A DNA stretch of 46,660 bases from Escherichia phage aalborv. Every line of letters begins with the position of its first letter. The stretch's first letter is position 1. The stretch lies in the sequence record NC_049829.1, one strand, 5' to 3'. Under the pieces are notes generated by a model. The model saw only the letters and a program-made list of their open reading frames with translations. It did no database searches and was not told the origin of the DNA. Position numbers and translations under genes: made by a program. Below are positions 1 through 9,304 of the stretch, one piece after another.

Positions 1-158
1 GCCTCCGCAAATGCTAATGGGTAGTGACCATATGCTACGCGAAGTAGAATCATTGCAGCACCCCAATCCAAATGCATATTGTTTTTCGTTCCGCCTTTTA
101 CCGCCTCGCGTGCGGTTTGTTGTGCCTGATCAAATGCTTTCTTGCTGTATACTACCAT
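1..158 (-). CDS. hypothetical protein, partial (start at 158, continues past window start); N-terminus MVVYSKKAFDQAQQ
   Basis: ATG at 158..156 preceded by GAGGAAA SD; frame open to position 1; downstream of motif-type promoter 185..235; not in ORF track because truncated. Confidence 0.4.
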   Translation of the reverse strand, partial: MVVYSKKAFDQAQQTAREAVKGGTKNNMHLDWGAAMILLRVAYGHYPLAFAE

Positions 159-184
159 TTTTATTTCCTCATGTTCGTTTCGAT

Positions 185-235
185 AAAATAATTATGCCCG
201 ACACAAGGCAGGGCTTTTTAACAAAAAGTGCTATT
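185..235 (-). promoter_or_regulatory. motif-type promoter module (AATAGCACTTTTTGTTAAAA, 22-bp spacer with inverted repeat, -10 CATAAT)
   Basis: Motif at 216..235; -10 at 191..196; hairpin-capable GCCC..GGGC in spacer. Confidence 0.55.
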
Positions 236-470
236 TTGACGCGGATTCGTAAAACTCTTGCAAGTCTTTACCGATCTGCTCATGCCATTTTTCAAGCGGT
301 AGTTTTCTTGTTTCCTCAAAGCTCATATCAAGCGCGCTTGTAAACTCCCACGGATCGCAATCTAATAGCGGTTTTATGAAATCGTTTTTATCAAGCGCCT
401 CGCAAACCATAGCGCGAAATAACAACCACTCTCCAGTTTCATTTAAACAAACGTTTCTTTCTTTCTTCAT
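231..470 (-). CDS. hypothetical protein (79 aa)
   Basis: ORF track; stop codon TAG is embedded in promoter motif 216..235; start coupled to stop of upstream methylase gene. Confidence 0.5.
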   Translation of the reverse strand: MKKERNVCLNETGEWLLFRAMVCEALDKNDFIKPLLDCDPWEFTSALDMSFEETRKLPLEKWHEQIGKDLQEFYESASK

Positions 471-474
471 GGTT

Positions 475-1176
475 TTAGCTCCGTTTCCGTGCGCGACGCT
501 CTGCTACTGACGGGCAAATGTCGCTGATTTTAATGTATCGCGTTTTCTGCTGCTCACCTTCTTTTAGTTCGCGCATGATGAAAATAACGCTGCCTTTGTT
601 GTTGCCCTGCACTGGTTTACCTGTAAGCGCGGAAGTAAACGCCAGGCGTCCGGTGCGGGAATATTCTGTTCCATCCTCCTGGTAAACTTCGCCAGTGATC
701 CAGATGATTTCCGCTGCTCGCTGTTGCGCTTCATAAAACCATCCTGTTGATGTGTCGCAAGGTAACAGCATGTCGATCTGGTTGTTGCGCTCCATTTGCT
801 CAATCGCCTTCTTAACAAATGGCGTAATATTGCTGTACGGTGGATTCAGCCAGATATGCTTATTACTACCCCACCAACGCTTTAAGCAATTTGTTTCCTT
901 GCTGTAGAATTTTTCACATACGGCATTTTCTTTGCTCGCCGCCGCGTCGATGTCATAATCACCGTATTCGCTTTCCATCCATGCGACAAGCTCAGACGGA
1001 GTAGACCACAAATCGCGCACAATGTCCGGCGTATTGCTGCCGTTATAGCGGTTGCCAGTCACTTTGAAATATTGATTTGGTTTAACAGCCTGGTAATGAC
1101 CACCAGTAGCAAGAGCATTGCCAATGAATGTTTCGAGTTCTATTTGTTCAAATGTCACTTCGGTTTCTTTGCTCAT
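475..1176 (-). CDS. DNA N6-adenine methyltransferase (Dam-like)
   Basis: 233 aa with catalytic NPPY motif (HIWLNPPYSNITPF) typical of N6-adenine MTases; preceded by motif-type promoter 1205..1255. Confidence 0.7.
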   Translation of the reverse strand: MSKETEVTFEQIELETFIGNALATGGHYQAVKPNQYFKVTGNRYNGSNTPDIVRDLWSTPSELVAWMESEYGDYDIDAAASKENAVCEKFYSKETNCLKRWWGSNKHIWLNPPYSNITPFVKKAIEQMERNNQIDMLLPCDTSTGWFYEAQQRAAEIIWITGEVYQEDGTEYSRTGRLAFTSALTGKPVQGNNKGSVIFIMRELKEGEQQKTRYIKISDICPSVAERRARKRS

Positions 1177-1204
1177 TTCTTAATTACCTGTTGCTTGTTG
1201 AATT

Positions 1205-1255
1205 GGTGTTATTATGGCGCAATCCTTCGCGCCTGTTTTAACAAAAAGTGCTATT
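1205..1255 (-). promoter_or_regulatory. motif-type promoter module upstream of methylase gene
   Basis: Motif 1236..1255; 22-bp spacer with GGCGCG..CGCGCC inverted repeat; -10 CATAAT 1211..1216. Confidence 0.55.
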
Positions 1256-1670
1256 TCATCATGTATTCTACAGCGATCATGAATTGCTTATATCCGTATG
1301 TAACGGCGGCGAATCCGCCAAGCTCACGAACGCGGCTCAAAAACGCTCTTTGCTCCTTGCTGACTGGTGAAGCCTTTCCCTTTCCTGATTTGTTTACGCG
1401 CTTCATCTCAATTGCCGCAAACGGATAGCGGCCTTTTAATCCAATCAGGATGATGAAATCACTTACTCCCTTAACAAGTCCGGCTTGCTGGTCCATCATT
1501 GCTGTAGCGATCCCCTTGTCGCCCTCGTTTTTCGTATGCCATGCCAGCAATTCAGGGTAGGCATAAGTCAACCATTGAAACGCCCCGATCTGGTGCGATT
1601 CCTCTTTTAGCGTATCTGTCGGATCTCTTTCGTAAAACTCCAGATAATCGCCTTTATCAGTCATTGCCAT
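1251..1670 (-). CDS. VRR-NUC domain nuclease (PD-(D/E)XK-like)
   Basis: 139 aa; D...E-x-K arrangement (SDFIILIG...AAIEMKR) reminiscent of VRR-NUC family; stop TAG inside promoter motif 1236..1255. Confidence 0.5.
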   Translation of the reverse strand: MAMTDKGDYLEFYERDPTDTLKEESHQIGAFQWLTYAYPELLAWHTKNEGDKGIATAMMDQQAGLVKGVSDFIILIGLKGRYPFAAIEMKRVNKSGKGKASPVSKEQRAFLSRVRELGGFAAVTYGYKQFMIAVEYMMK

Positions 1671-3702
1671 AATTAAATTCCTTCTTGTACAAATTATCTT
1701 CGCCCTTGCTAGTCTTGCGATGAGTCACACGCGATGGCGGCATGATGTGATTCACATATTGCATGATTTTACGCGCATTGCGATAGCTCGCCACCATACC
1801 AGCAATGCGGCGATCTGGTATGTGTTTAAGAGCAACGCTTCGCCATTTTGCGCGGCAAATTTGGCTCTCAGATTCAGGGAAAAATATCTCTCTCGCCTTG
1901 AAAGTATCTATGCCATCGGAAAGCTCATAATTAAATATTATCCCTTTCTGGTTTTTCGTCATGTCAACCGCGAAAGATTGCACCTGGAACCAGTCGTTTT
2001 TTGTGTAGTGCTTTCCGCTTAACTTCTCGTTGGGGTCAATCAATGACATGTCACAATGTCTGCATACCCTGGCCGCAATATCATTTTTCGTTCCACAACC
2101 GCGCTGAATAATCTTTTTAGTGCGCGGGTCAATCTGATCATCACATGTCCTGAATTTAAAGAACCATTCGCATCTGTTGCCGTTTTCGTCTACGTGCATA
2201 CAACGACGAGCATAATAGCTATTAAGAGTTCCGCAAATAGGGCAAGGCTTCGGATCTTTACCATTTCTGAATCGCTTCTGATGCTGCGCCTGTTCCAGTA
2301 TCGGATCAAAATAAAGCTCCCCTAGCTCGTCCATCGTTCCTGAAAAATCCATGACTAGATGATCATCCTTCTGGAATCCTTGCTCCTTATGCCACTTCTT
2401 AAGTAGTCGCATTCCGCGACCTAAAAGCTGAATCAGCAACGTAAGAGATCCAATCTTACGCAGAATAACAGACGTATCCCAAAACGGCACGTTAACGCCA
2501 GTAGTTAGCGCCTGCACCTGGAAGATGTATTTAACCTTTCCCTCGTATGCTTCTTTCAACCACTCCTTGCGCTGGTTATCGCCAGTCTTACCAGTAATGA
2601 TCCTGTAAGTAGTTCCAGGTGGCAACGCTGCCGCTGCCTCTTTGCAATGCCTTTCTCCTGCACATGTCACAAGTACGCCATTGCGGTTTTTACAGATCTC
2701 GTGAACTTTCGCCATGATGCGCTTTGTCATGGTCGCTTCTTCATGAATTTTTTGTTCCATCCTGCGAAGCGTTTTAGCGTCAAAGTCTGCAACTCCATCC
2801 TCACTTGATGCCTCAAACTCTGAAAGGTCATACCCGAGATCGCCAACGTCGCCAAAATTAGTCGGAACAACAGATCCGAACTTGATCAGGTAGTTGGTGT
2901 CAATATTAGTAACCTGCTCACGCCAGAATCCTTTTTGCTTTTTATCTTCTACCAGTATTGGCACTACACCGCGAAACTCTGATCCAGTCATGCCAAATAT
3001 GCGTAGTTCATGACCATATGTTTTCCGGCAACGGCGCATCATTTCCATAATAATGACAGTGTATTGTGTGCGTCCTGTTCCCTCCATTGGCAAGCCATCA
3101 TCACCAATCAGGAACTCTGTATTTCTGTTCCTGCTTCCCTTTGTTATGTTATAATATGGATTTGGTACTTTTTCGCCTTTCTCCGTCGTCATTTGTAAAA
3201 ATGATTCGTCTTTCTCTATTGCGTCGGCAAGGTCTTCCCAATCCACCTGGTGACACTCGTCAATCCCGATAACGTGCGGAACATAGTCGCCAAGCGCTTT
3301 AAACAGTCCATTAACTACAGTTCCCTCAGAACCAACAACGATCGGAAAGTATGCGCTTTTTGTCTTCAGTCCTGCACAATAGATGGAGTTCGGCACACCA
3401 AGATTTGTTATCTCTTCAGAATCCTGATCCACAATCTCAGCCTGGCGAGCAAGGACCATCATTTTCAAGCCCATTTTCCGGCACTGGTGAGCAACCATTG
3501 CAAACATCAATGTTTTGCCAGCCGATACAGACGCTTTAACAAAGAATGGATGCTCATAATTTTTCATACGCTTTGCGATCTCAGCGTATGCAACGCACTG
3601 GTAAGGGTAAGGCACAATCTCGCCAACAGTGAATCGCTCCTGAATGGATTTAATTACCGCTTCACCAAGTGCTGATATTTGCTTTTCAATGTTTGGAATC
3701 AT
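1657..3702 (-). CDS. SF2 ATP-dependent DNA helicase with C-terminal Cys-rich (zinc-ribbon-like) region
   Basis: Walker A (SAGKT), DExH-like box (GIDECHQ), motif VI-like QLLGRGMR; track ORF begins with TTG at 3768 inside the promoter motif, so start moved to ATG 3702 (MIPNIEK) with AAAGG SD; ATG 3726 is an alternative. Confidence 0.75.
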   Translation of the reverse strand: MIPNIEKQISALGEAVIKSIQERFTVGEIVPYPYQCVAYAEIAKRMKNYEHPFFVKASVSAGKTLMFAMVAHQCRKMGLKMMVLARQAEIVDQDSEEITNLGVPNSIYCAGLKTKSAYFPIVVGSEGTVVNGLFKALGDYVPHVIGIDECHQVDWEDLADAIEKDESFLQMTTEKGEKVPNPYYNITKGSRNRNTEFLIGDDGLPMEGTGRTQYTVIIMEMMRRCRKTYGHELRIFGMTGSEFRGVVPILVEDKKQKGFWREQVTNIDTNYLIKFGSVVPTNFGDVGDLGYDLSEFEASSEDGVADFDAKTLRRMEQKIHEEATMTKRIMAKVHEICKNRNGVLVTCAGERHCKEAAAALPPGTTYRIITGKTGDNQRKEWLKEAYEGKVKYIFQVQALTTGVNVPFWDTSVILRKIGSLTLLIQLLGRGMRLLKKWHKEQGFQKDDHLVMDFSGTMDELGELYFDPILEQAQHQKRFRNGKDPKPCPICGTLNSYYARRCMHVDENGNRCEWFFKFRTCDDQIDPRTKKIIQRGCGTKNDIAARVCRHCDMSLIDPNEKLSGKHYTKNDWFQVQSFAVDMTKNQKGIIFNYELSDGIDTFKAREIFFPESESQICRAKWRSVALKHIPDRRIAGMVASYRNARKIMQYVNHIMPPSRVTHRKTSKGEDNLYKKEFNYGND

Positions 3703-3712
3703 TCTAAAACCT

Positions 3713-3740
3713 TTGAGTAATGCCATTTGGCGTGTATAAT
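3713..3740 (+). promoter_or_regulatory. sigma70-like promoter (TTGAGT-16-TATAAT) for HTH-primase operon, divergent and overlapping the helicase promoter
   Basis: -35 at 3713..3718, -10 at 3735..3740; the -10 lies in a palindromic TGTATAATACA shared with the leftward promoter. Confidence 0.45.
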
Positions 3741-3780
3741 ACACAATCATTAAATCATCGTTTAACAAAAAATGCTATTG
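3730..3780 (-). promoter_or_regulatory. motif-type promoter (variant AATAGCATTTTTTGTTAAA) for helicase operon
   Basis: Motif 3761..3780; -10 TATTAT about 3735..3741. Confidence 0.5.
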
Positions 3781-3791
3781 GAGAATGAATA

Positions 3792-4265
3792 ATGAAAGAA
3801 CAGCGAATCGCAGTATCAACTGGCAAGATTGACAAGCGCACAATTAATGGCAATAACGGAACCAGACGAGGCAAGGATAAGAAGAAACGCAAACGCCCTA
3901 CAGGATATTATGTACTAAAAGATGAAGTGCGCGCTGGGCTAAAAGCACGCCTTGACATCCTTATTGAGTATTACGGAAGTGTATCAGCAATGGCAAAACG
4001 TCTTAACGTTAGCCAGCAAACTGTAAATCAGTGGCGTGTTCGCGGTATGATTTCAGCCGCTGGCGCTCAAAAGGTGCATAACGATTACAAAAAGTATGGC
4101 TGTCAAGGCTATCGCGCTTCATTCTGCCGTCCAGATCTGCGATTTGATTCCAATGGAAAACCGCTCACAAAGAGATGTGATAAGCGTGAAATGTTGCGAG
4201 TGGTAAGAATGTCAGATTATGAACCTGGCGGATTCCTGTATAAACCTGAAAGCACTAATTGCTAA
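3792..4265 (+). CDS. helix-turn-helix DNA-binding protein (Cro/YdaS-like HTH), basic N-terminus
   Basis: 157 aa; HTH-like segment SVSAMAKRLNVSQQTVNQWRVRG; GGAGAA SD; followed by intrinsic terminator 4273..4310. Confidence 0.55.
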   Translation: MKEQRIAVSTGKIDKRTINGNNGTRRGKDKKKRKRPTGYYVLKDEVRAGLKARLDILIEYYGSVSAMAKRLNVSQQTVNQWRVRGMISAAGAQKVHNDYKKYGCQGYRASFCRPDLRFDSNGKPLTKRCDKREMLRVVRMSDYEPGGFLYKPESTNC

Positions 4266-4272
4266 AAACAAT

Positions 4273-4310
4273 GCCTGGCATGATGTTATCATCTGTCAGG
4301 CTTTTTTGTT
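4273..4310 (+). terminator. intrinsic terminator after HTH gene
   Basis: Imperfect GC/AT stem GCCTGGCATGAT..ATCATCTGTCAGGC followed by TTTTTTGTTT. Confidence 0.5.
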
Positions 4311-4320
4311 TGAGGTGCAT

Positions 4321-5253
4321 ATGAACAACGAAAACTTTATGGTTTATCAAAAGGAAGATGTTCTCCCATATATGCAGGGATTATGGCGTGAGGCGCTACA
4401 AAGTATTTGCGGTCTTCCAAATGAAGTTTTTAACGGCAAGCATCAATCTTGCCCCCACTGCGGCGGAAAGGATCGCTTTAGATGGACGGATAAACTTGGA
4501 GATAAAAAAGGCGATGGCGGTGCGATCTGCAACGTGTGCGGAAACGATACTGGAATCGGTTGGATCATGAAGCTAACCGGAGAACCTTACAGCGAAGTGA
4601 TCAATATTTTGGGCCGCTTTCTTGGAAAAGTTCCGCAGGACTATAGAATCAAGGCAAATAAGCGAGTATCTCGTGATTCTGGTTATTCGTTTGGGAAACA
4701 GGCAAGCCATGAATGCTGCGAGCGCGTTATGTCAAAAACACTAAAATTTGATCGCACGCCGTTAAGCACATATGAAGGAATATGCCCGCCTGAAGATGGT
4801 CATTATGATTGCGGCGTAAAAGATGGTCGATACATTCACGCGTTACCATGTTACCTTGTGCATTCAGATGATATTGATGATGAAATGTGCAATGTGCTTT
4901 TCATTGATGAAGAAGGTAAACAGTCTTTTCTAGCAAAGGACTACACGCGAGGGTCGATTGTTAGAACCGGAAGTACAGATAAGACTATCTATCTTTGCGT
5001 TGACTGGATTGATGCGCAACATATTCATCTTGCAACTGGTCAGGAGGTTTGGGCCTGTTTTGATGCAACTAACATTGAGATTGTGGCTTACAGGTATAAA
5101 GGCAACAGAAGAATGCGAGTTGTCTGTAAGAGCACAGATCGTGACGCGATCATTGCTGCCGAGGAAAGAGGACTTGAAATTATGATGCCGATTAATGATA
5201 ATTACAGACAAGGGATAGAGAGGAAGGTTTTCAAACCTGAATCTATTCTCTAA
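4321..5253 (+). CDS. DNA primase-like protein with N-terminal C4 zinc ribbon
   Basis: CPHCGG...CNVCGN (C-x2-C-x21-C-x2-C) resembles primase zinc-binding domain; start trimmed from track 4219 to ATG 4321 (GAGGTG SD) because 4266..4310 is a terminator hairpin. Confidence 0.55.
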   Translation: MNNENFMVYQKEDVLPYMQGLWREALQSICGLPNEVFNGKHQSCPHCGGKDRFRWTDKLGDKKGDGGAICNVCGNDTGIGWIMKLTGEPYSEVINILGRFLGKVPQDYRIKANKRVSRDSGYSFGKQASHECCERVMSKTLKFDRTPLSTYEGICPPEDGHYDCGVKDGRYIHALPCYLVHSDDIDDEMCNVLFIDEEGKQSFLAKDYTRGSIVRTGSTDKTIYLCVDWIDAQHIHLATGQEVWACFDATNIEIVAYRYKGNRRMRVVCKSTDRDAIIAAEERGLEIMMPINDNYRQGIERKVFKPESIL

Positions 5254-5269
5254 ATGTCACTGCTACTTT

Positions 5270-5296
5270 TACCCCGCATTGCGGGTTTTTTTTTTG
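5270..5296 (+). terminator. intrinsic terminator after primase gene
   Basis: Stem CCCGC..GCGGG followed by run of 10 T. Confidence 0.6.
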
Positions 5297-5352
5297 CCTT
5301 AGCAAATGCTATTATCTGCATTGACATTAATATGCAACACGGGAGAAAACGC

Positions 5353-5979
5353 ATGGCAATTTACAGAACCGGACAAGCGTCAATGGACGCGCAAGGTTAT
5401 ATCACTGGATACGACACAAAATGGCGAGAGCAACTAACGCTCATTCGCCCTGGTGCAACAATCTTTTTCATTGATGCTCCATTTCAAGCGGCTGTGATCA
5501 GTGAAGTTATCAGCGATACACAAATCCGCGCCATCACAACTGGCGGCGCTGAAATTGGGCGAAGCAACTACATTATTTTGCTGCATGACTCAATAACTGT
5601 TGACGGCCTGGCGCAAGATGTTGCGGAAACGCTGCGTTACTATCAAAGCAAAGAAACTCAGATCGAGGAATCTATTGAATTTCTCAAAAACTTTGACCTA
5701 AAACAGTTGCAAGATCTGGCTAATCAGGGTAAAGGTGATGCAGAGAAAACAGCCAATGATCGTGCTGCTACTGAACAACTGAAAAACGACACTCAACAGA
5801 TAAAGGATTCTGCTGTTGCTGAAACAAACCAGATTAAAGCAGACACTAACGCATTCAAAGAGCAAAAGGCAAAAGTTGACAAGCAACAAGAGGAGATCGA
5901 AACACTTAAATCTGAAATTGCAGATCTCAAAGAGGCGGTGGCGGCGTTACTCGACAAGCCAACAACGCTGGAAAATTAA
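5353..5979 (+). CDS. hypothetical protein with C-terminal coiled coil
   Basis: Start trimmed to ATG 5353 (GGGAGA SD) because track N-terminus spans terminator 5270..5296; C-terminal heptad-like K/E/Q-rich region; followed by terminator 5996..6024. Confidence 0.5.
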   Translation: MAIYRTGQASMDAQGYITGYDTKWREQLTLIRPGATIFFIDAPFQAAVISEVISDTQIRAITTGGAEIGRSNYIILLHDSITVDGLAQDVAETLRYYQSKETQIEESIEFLKNFDLKQLQDLANQGKGDAEKTANDRAATEQLKNDTQQIKDSAVAETNQIKADTNAFKEQKAKVDKQQEEIETLKSEIADLKEAVAALLDKPTTLEN

Positions 5980-5995
5980 CAAAAAATAATCACAA

Positions 5996-6024
5996 GGCGC
6001 GGCTACGGCTGCGCCTTTTTTCGT
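5996..6024 (+). terminator. intrinsic terminator after coiled-coil protein gene
   Basis: GC-rich stem GGCGC..GCGCC followed by TTTTTT. Confidence 0.55.
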
Positions 6025-6337
6025 CTTTATGCCATTTGCTGACATATCGCTTACAAATATTTTATATCTATTCCTGGTAATTTGGCGCACACCCTTTGTC
6101 ATACCATAAATATTGCAAACTTTTTTTTAATTTTTTAACGTCAAAGAGAGCACGAACAATAGCTGATTAAGGTCACTCACCAATATCAATTATGAAATCG
6201 GCAATGTCAGGTTTTAACGGGCTTGGAAGTATGAGCGGAATGTTGTCAATAATGACCAATGGAAAACTTAATGCTCATCAAGCTTAACTTGCAAAGCGAA
6301 TTGCTGTTAAGGTTATTGCCGTGCTTGTGATGGCTGA

Positions 6338-6366
6338 AAGTGAAAAAGGGGCGTAATGCCCCTTTG
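6338..6366 (-). terminator. intrinsic terminator after SSB gene
   Basis: Stem AGGGGC..GCCCCT with T-tract on minus strand. Confidence 0.55.
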
Positions 6367-6370
6367 TTGA

Positions 6371-6823
6371 TCAGAAAGGAATGTCGTCGTCAAAATCCAT
6401 AGGTGGCTGATTACTTTGTCTTGGCTGTTGCGGTTGTTGCGGTTGATTCTGTTGTTGTGGTTGGCCCCATCCCCCTTGCGTTCGCTGCTGATATTGTTGC
6501 TGGCTTTCCCCGCGCTGACTGAAGATAAGATTTGCAAATCCACCAGGCATCAAACTTGAATACATCTTTCCGTTGTGTTCTCGCGTTTCAATGCGCAGAG
6601 TGTCACAAGAAACAGAAATAACCTTGCCAACCTGGAACGCCTCAGCATACCAACCATTAAGTCCGTCAGTTTTCGCATTAAAAAAGAAACTGTAGTTTGT
6701 ATATTGCCAGTTTCCATCTTTATCTTTGTATCGCTCTGAAAGTTCAACCACATAAAGTGTGCTGCCGTTAGGCATTTGCTTTACTCGCGGCTCTTTTCGG
6801 ATCTCACCAGTAATAATATGCAT
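6371..6823 (-). CDS. single-stranded DNA-binding protein
   Basis: C-terminal acidic tail DFDDDIPF identical to the E. coli SSB tail motif, preceded by Gln/Pro-rich linker; N-terminal OB-fold-sized domain. Confidence 0.75.
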   Translation of the reverse strand: MHIITGEIRKEPRVKQMPNGSTLYVVELSERYKDKDGNWQYTNYSFFFNAKTDGLNGWYAEAFQVGKVISVSCDTLRIETREHNGKMYSSLMPGGFANLIFSQRGESQQQYQQRTQGGWGQPQQQNQPQQPQQPRQSNQPPMDFDDDIPF

Positions 6824-6840
6824 TATTTATTCTCCTGTAA

Positions 6841-6862
6841 GAAAGGGGCGCAAGCGCCCCAT
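6841..6862 (-). terminator. hairpin after ERF gene (weak terminator / attenuator)
   Basis: Stem GGGGCGC..GCGCCCC followed by TTTCTT on minus strand. Confidence 0.4.
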
Positions 6863-6867
6863 GTCAA

Positions 6868-7524
6868 TTATTCGAAATCAGTGATACTTTGTGATTTTAC
6901 TTGCTCGTCGTTTTTTGTGTCAACGTCTTGAGCGGCGAGATTTTGCTTTGGTTGCGCTGGATTAAATCCTCGTGCTTTTCCGATCTCAAGCTCTGCTTTG
7001 CGTTTTTCGTAATGCTCTTTAATTACCTGCTTGCTTGCCGGATCGCTTGCCTTCCATGCTGATTTAAGCACTTCTTGTAATTCGTTCACGCTTTCGCATT
7101 TCTCAATGTCACGCTTCCAGTCGTTTGCAGATTTAACGGCAATCTGCGCGTCATCGTCTGCCTGGCTTAAGCCAAATGCTGCGGCTGCTGCATAACGACG
7201 CGCGTATGTGAATGCAGATCCGACACCTTGAGGATCGTTTTTAACTATTGGTAATTCAGCATAGAATTTAACGTACTGACCGGACACATGAAGCACTGTC
7301 GTTTCAACTTTAATCCTATTTGGCTGATCGCTTTCAATCATATCCTGCATAAGCATTAATTCGTTATCGTTTAGCGCCGGAGTGATTGCATCAAGAACTG
7401 CATCAAGCGTTGCGTAACGATTTTTAAGGTGAGTGTTTTGCTTGTCCTTTTTAACCTTCACAAACAAGCTGCGAGCCTTATGCAGCGCTGGTAAAACCTT
7501 GTCGAATTGCTCTGATAGTTTCAT
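6868..7524 (-). CDS. ERF-family single-strand annealing protein (recombinase)
   Basis: 218 aa; motif [23 protein letters not shown] matches recalled ERF signature (SSYARKY...GLFGIDD of P22 Erf); adjacent to SSB and exonuclease. Confidence 0.7.
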   Translation of the reverse strand: MKLSEQFDKVLPALHKARSLFVKVKKDKQNTHLKNRYATLDAVLDAITPALNDNELMLMQDMIESDQPNRIKVETTVLHVSGQYVKFYAELPIVKNDPQGVGSAFTYARRYAAAAAFGLSQADDDAQIAVKSANDWKRDIEKCESVNELQEVLKSAWKASDPASKQVIKEHYEKRKAELEIGKARGFNPAQPKQNLAAQDVDTKNDEQVKSQSITDFE

Positions 7525-7569
7525 GATTAATTCCCGTAATTCATGGCGGCTTTCGCCGCCTTATTGCTG

Positions 7570-7848
7570 TTAGTGTTTTGTTTCTTCTTTAGTGTGTAAT
7601 TTAATAAGATTTTCCATCATGCGATCAGAACTTTCTTTTACCGCCTTGATTGCTTCCTCGTTGTCTTCACTCATTGTCGCAATGAGCACGACGTTATCGA
7701 CTGCATCTATTACTTTTCTGATGTACTCCATTTCTTCTTCGCCTGCTGTTGGATCAAGTGGCTCTACAAAGTCACGAAGCAACATAGCCATGCCAGTTGC
7801 AAAATTGTTGATATGAACTGCTACCTCTGACACTTGTTTGTTTTCCAT
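7570..7848 (-). CDS. hypothetical acidic protein (92 aa)
   Basis: ORF track; degenerate motif-type promoter upstream (7880..7921). Confidence 0.45.
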   Translation of the reverse strand: MENKQVSEVAVHINNFATGMAMLLRDFVEPLDPTAGEEEMEYIRKVIDAVDNVVLIATMSEDNEEAIKAVKESSDRMMENLIKLHTKEETKH

Positions 7849-7879
7849 GTTTATTTCCTTACGCTTATTGTTAACTTAT

Positions 7880-7921
7880 GCGGTGAATTATAACACCGCA
7901 TTTTTCATTTGTTTAGCTATT
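7880..7921 (-). promoter_or_regulatory. degenerate motif-type promoter (AAATAGCTAAA ... TATAAT)
   Basis: -10 TATAAT at 7886..7891 inside inverted repeat TGCGGTG..CACCGCA; partial motif at 7911..7921. Confidence 0.4.
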
Positions 7922-7929
7922 TGTGCTGT

Positions 7930-8991
7930 TTAAATAAGATATTGCTTAAACTGGCGTCGCACCCAATCAGGAGTATCAAGGCAAACCTCCGGCTCGCCGT
8001 TTGAATACGAAGGCCAAACGTCATGTTGCTGGCACATGGCAAACTGGTTAATTACGCTCATGTACTGAATGCGCCCGATCTTCAATTGCTCGCTGTTCAT
8101 GCGGAAAGCTAACGGCAAGTAAGGCTCTTTCTTCTCTTGCGCTAACAGGCGCACAACTATAGGTCGCTTTTCTTCTGGATACGCTTTCCTGAATAAATCA
8201 CATTGCAACGCCATTTTCAGATAATAGCCGTGATTGTAAGCCAGGCGCATAAACTCAACCGGATTAGCGATCATTGTTGTTTTGTAGTCAGTAATCACAA
8301 TCGCCTCTGGATAAATAATATCGCGGCAAATCGGTTGACCTTTTTCATCGTAACCATCAATCAGCGTTGCGGTGACGTTCTTTGTTACGTCAACGTGATC
8401 GCATCGCACTTTGACTTTTACGCCGTTGATTTCACCGAACAACGATAATTCACGTTGTGCTGTCTTGCTATTCATACATGCGTTATGTTCCGGTATTGAT
8501 TCCAGAACCTGGCGCATTGCAACGCACGAATCGTAATCTTTAGCTTCGATTAACTGAACCCCATCGGCCCTGGCCTGACTTTCTGCGATCATGTCGATTA
8601 ACCACATGACGTTAAGGTCTTCTCCGCAGTCGACCATCATTTTTATAAGTTCGGGGTAAGTCTTTCCGGTTGTACCTTTCAGGCCAAATGATTTCAGCTT
8701 TGCAGCAAGCGCCGTTTGGCTGGTTATCAGATCCTTAAAGTCTTCTGGCGCTGGCGCACGGCGATAGTTTTTTTCGAAAAGCTCCTTGCTTTCAAAGTTG
8801 GTATGCGACTGCGTACCAAAAACTAGCGCCTTGCTCTTGTCGTCACGCGGCTTGAACTTCCACGCTGCCGGGCATGTGCTGTAAATCTCCGCCAGGCTTG
8901 AACCGCTAACATAATCAGCCGTCCACGCTTCTGGATCGTGATAAAGCTCGTTGCTCATTTCTTCGCTGGTGTACGCCATAAACTTATTCAT
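7930..8991 (-). CDS. PD-(D/E)XK exonuclease (RecE/YqaJ-like) partner of ERF
   Basis: 353 aa; D-x-K-containing segment IVITDYKT; synteny with ERF and SSB; GAGGG SD; sigma70-like promoter 9015..9048. Confidence 0.55.
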   Translation of the reverse strand: MNKFMAYTSEEMSNELYHDPEAWTADYVSGSSLAEIYSTCPAAWKFKPRDDKSKALVFGTQSHTNFESKELFEKNYRRAPAPEDFKDLITSQTALAAKLKSFGLKGTTGKTYPELIKMMVDCGEDLNVMWLIDMIAESQARADGVQLIEAKDYDSCVAMRQVLESIPEHNACMNSKTAQRELSLFGEINGVKVKVRCDHVDVTKNVTATLIDGYDEKGQPICRDIIYPEAIVITDYKTTMIANPVEFMRLAYNHGYYLKMALQCDLFRKAYPEEKRPIVVRLLAQEKKEPYLPLAFRMNSEQLKIGRIQYMSVINQFAMCQQHDVWPSYSNGEPEVCLDTPDWVRRQFKQYLI

Positions 8992-9014
8992 GATTTGCCC
9001 TCGTTTGTTGGTAT

Positions 9015-9048
9015 GCCTGCATTGTAGCTATTTGATGCGTTTAGTCAA
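9015..9048 (-). promoter_or_regulatory. sigma70-like promoter TTGACT-16-TACAAT for exonuclease-ERF-SSB operon
   Basis: -35 at 9043..9048, -10 at 9021..9026 (minus strand); 24 nt upstream of exonuclease start. Confidence 0.5.
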
Positions 9049-9101
9049 TAGCTATTTTGTTTTTTATGTTCTAACAACGTTCTCACCAACCTGGATAACA
9101 A

Positions 9102-9117
9102 AACTTACATGTAAGTT
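9102..9117. promoter_or_regulatory. 16-bp perfect palindrome AACTTACATGTAAGTT (candidate operator) within control region A
   Basis: Exact palindrome; embedded in longer imperfect dyad GGATAACA...TATCC. Confidence 0.45.
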
Positions 9118-9288
9118 ATTGATAAATATCCGAGTTGTCTTTTTGTTCTCTTGTTCCTCCATTTGCGCCGGATATAGATATATACACACATAACCACTGA
9201 CACATGCATAATCACAGAAAAATCACCAGACACGCAAAATCACACAAAACATAGATAACAATAAAGAACAGATATAAATATATATACC

Positions 9289-9304
9289 ACTAACTTATTG
9301 ATTT
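9289..9304. repeat. 16-mer ACTAACTTATTGATTT shared by control regions A and B (copy A)
   Basis: Identical 16-mer at 37186..37201; flanking ATATAAATA / TATATATA blocks also similar. Confidence 0.8.

Noticed and set aside
4219-5979. Longer N-termini of track ORFs 4219..5253 and 5254..5979
   Set aside because: The extensions cover intrinsic terminator hairpins with T-tracts (4273..4310, 5270..5296) and lack an SD; starts were moved to 4321 and 5353.
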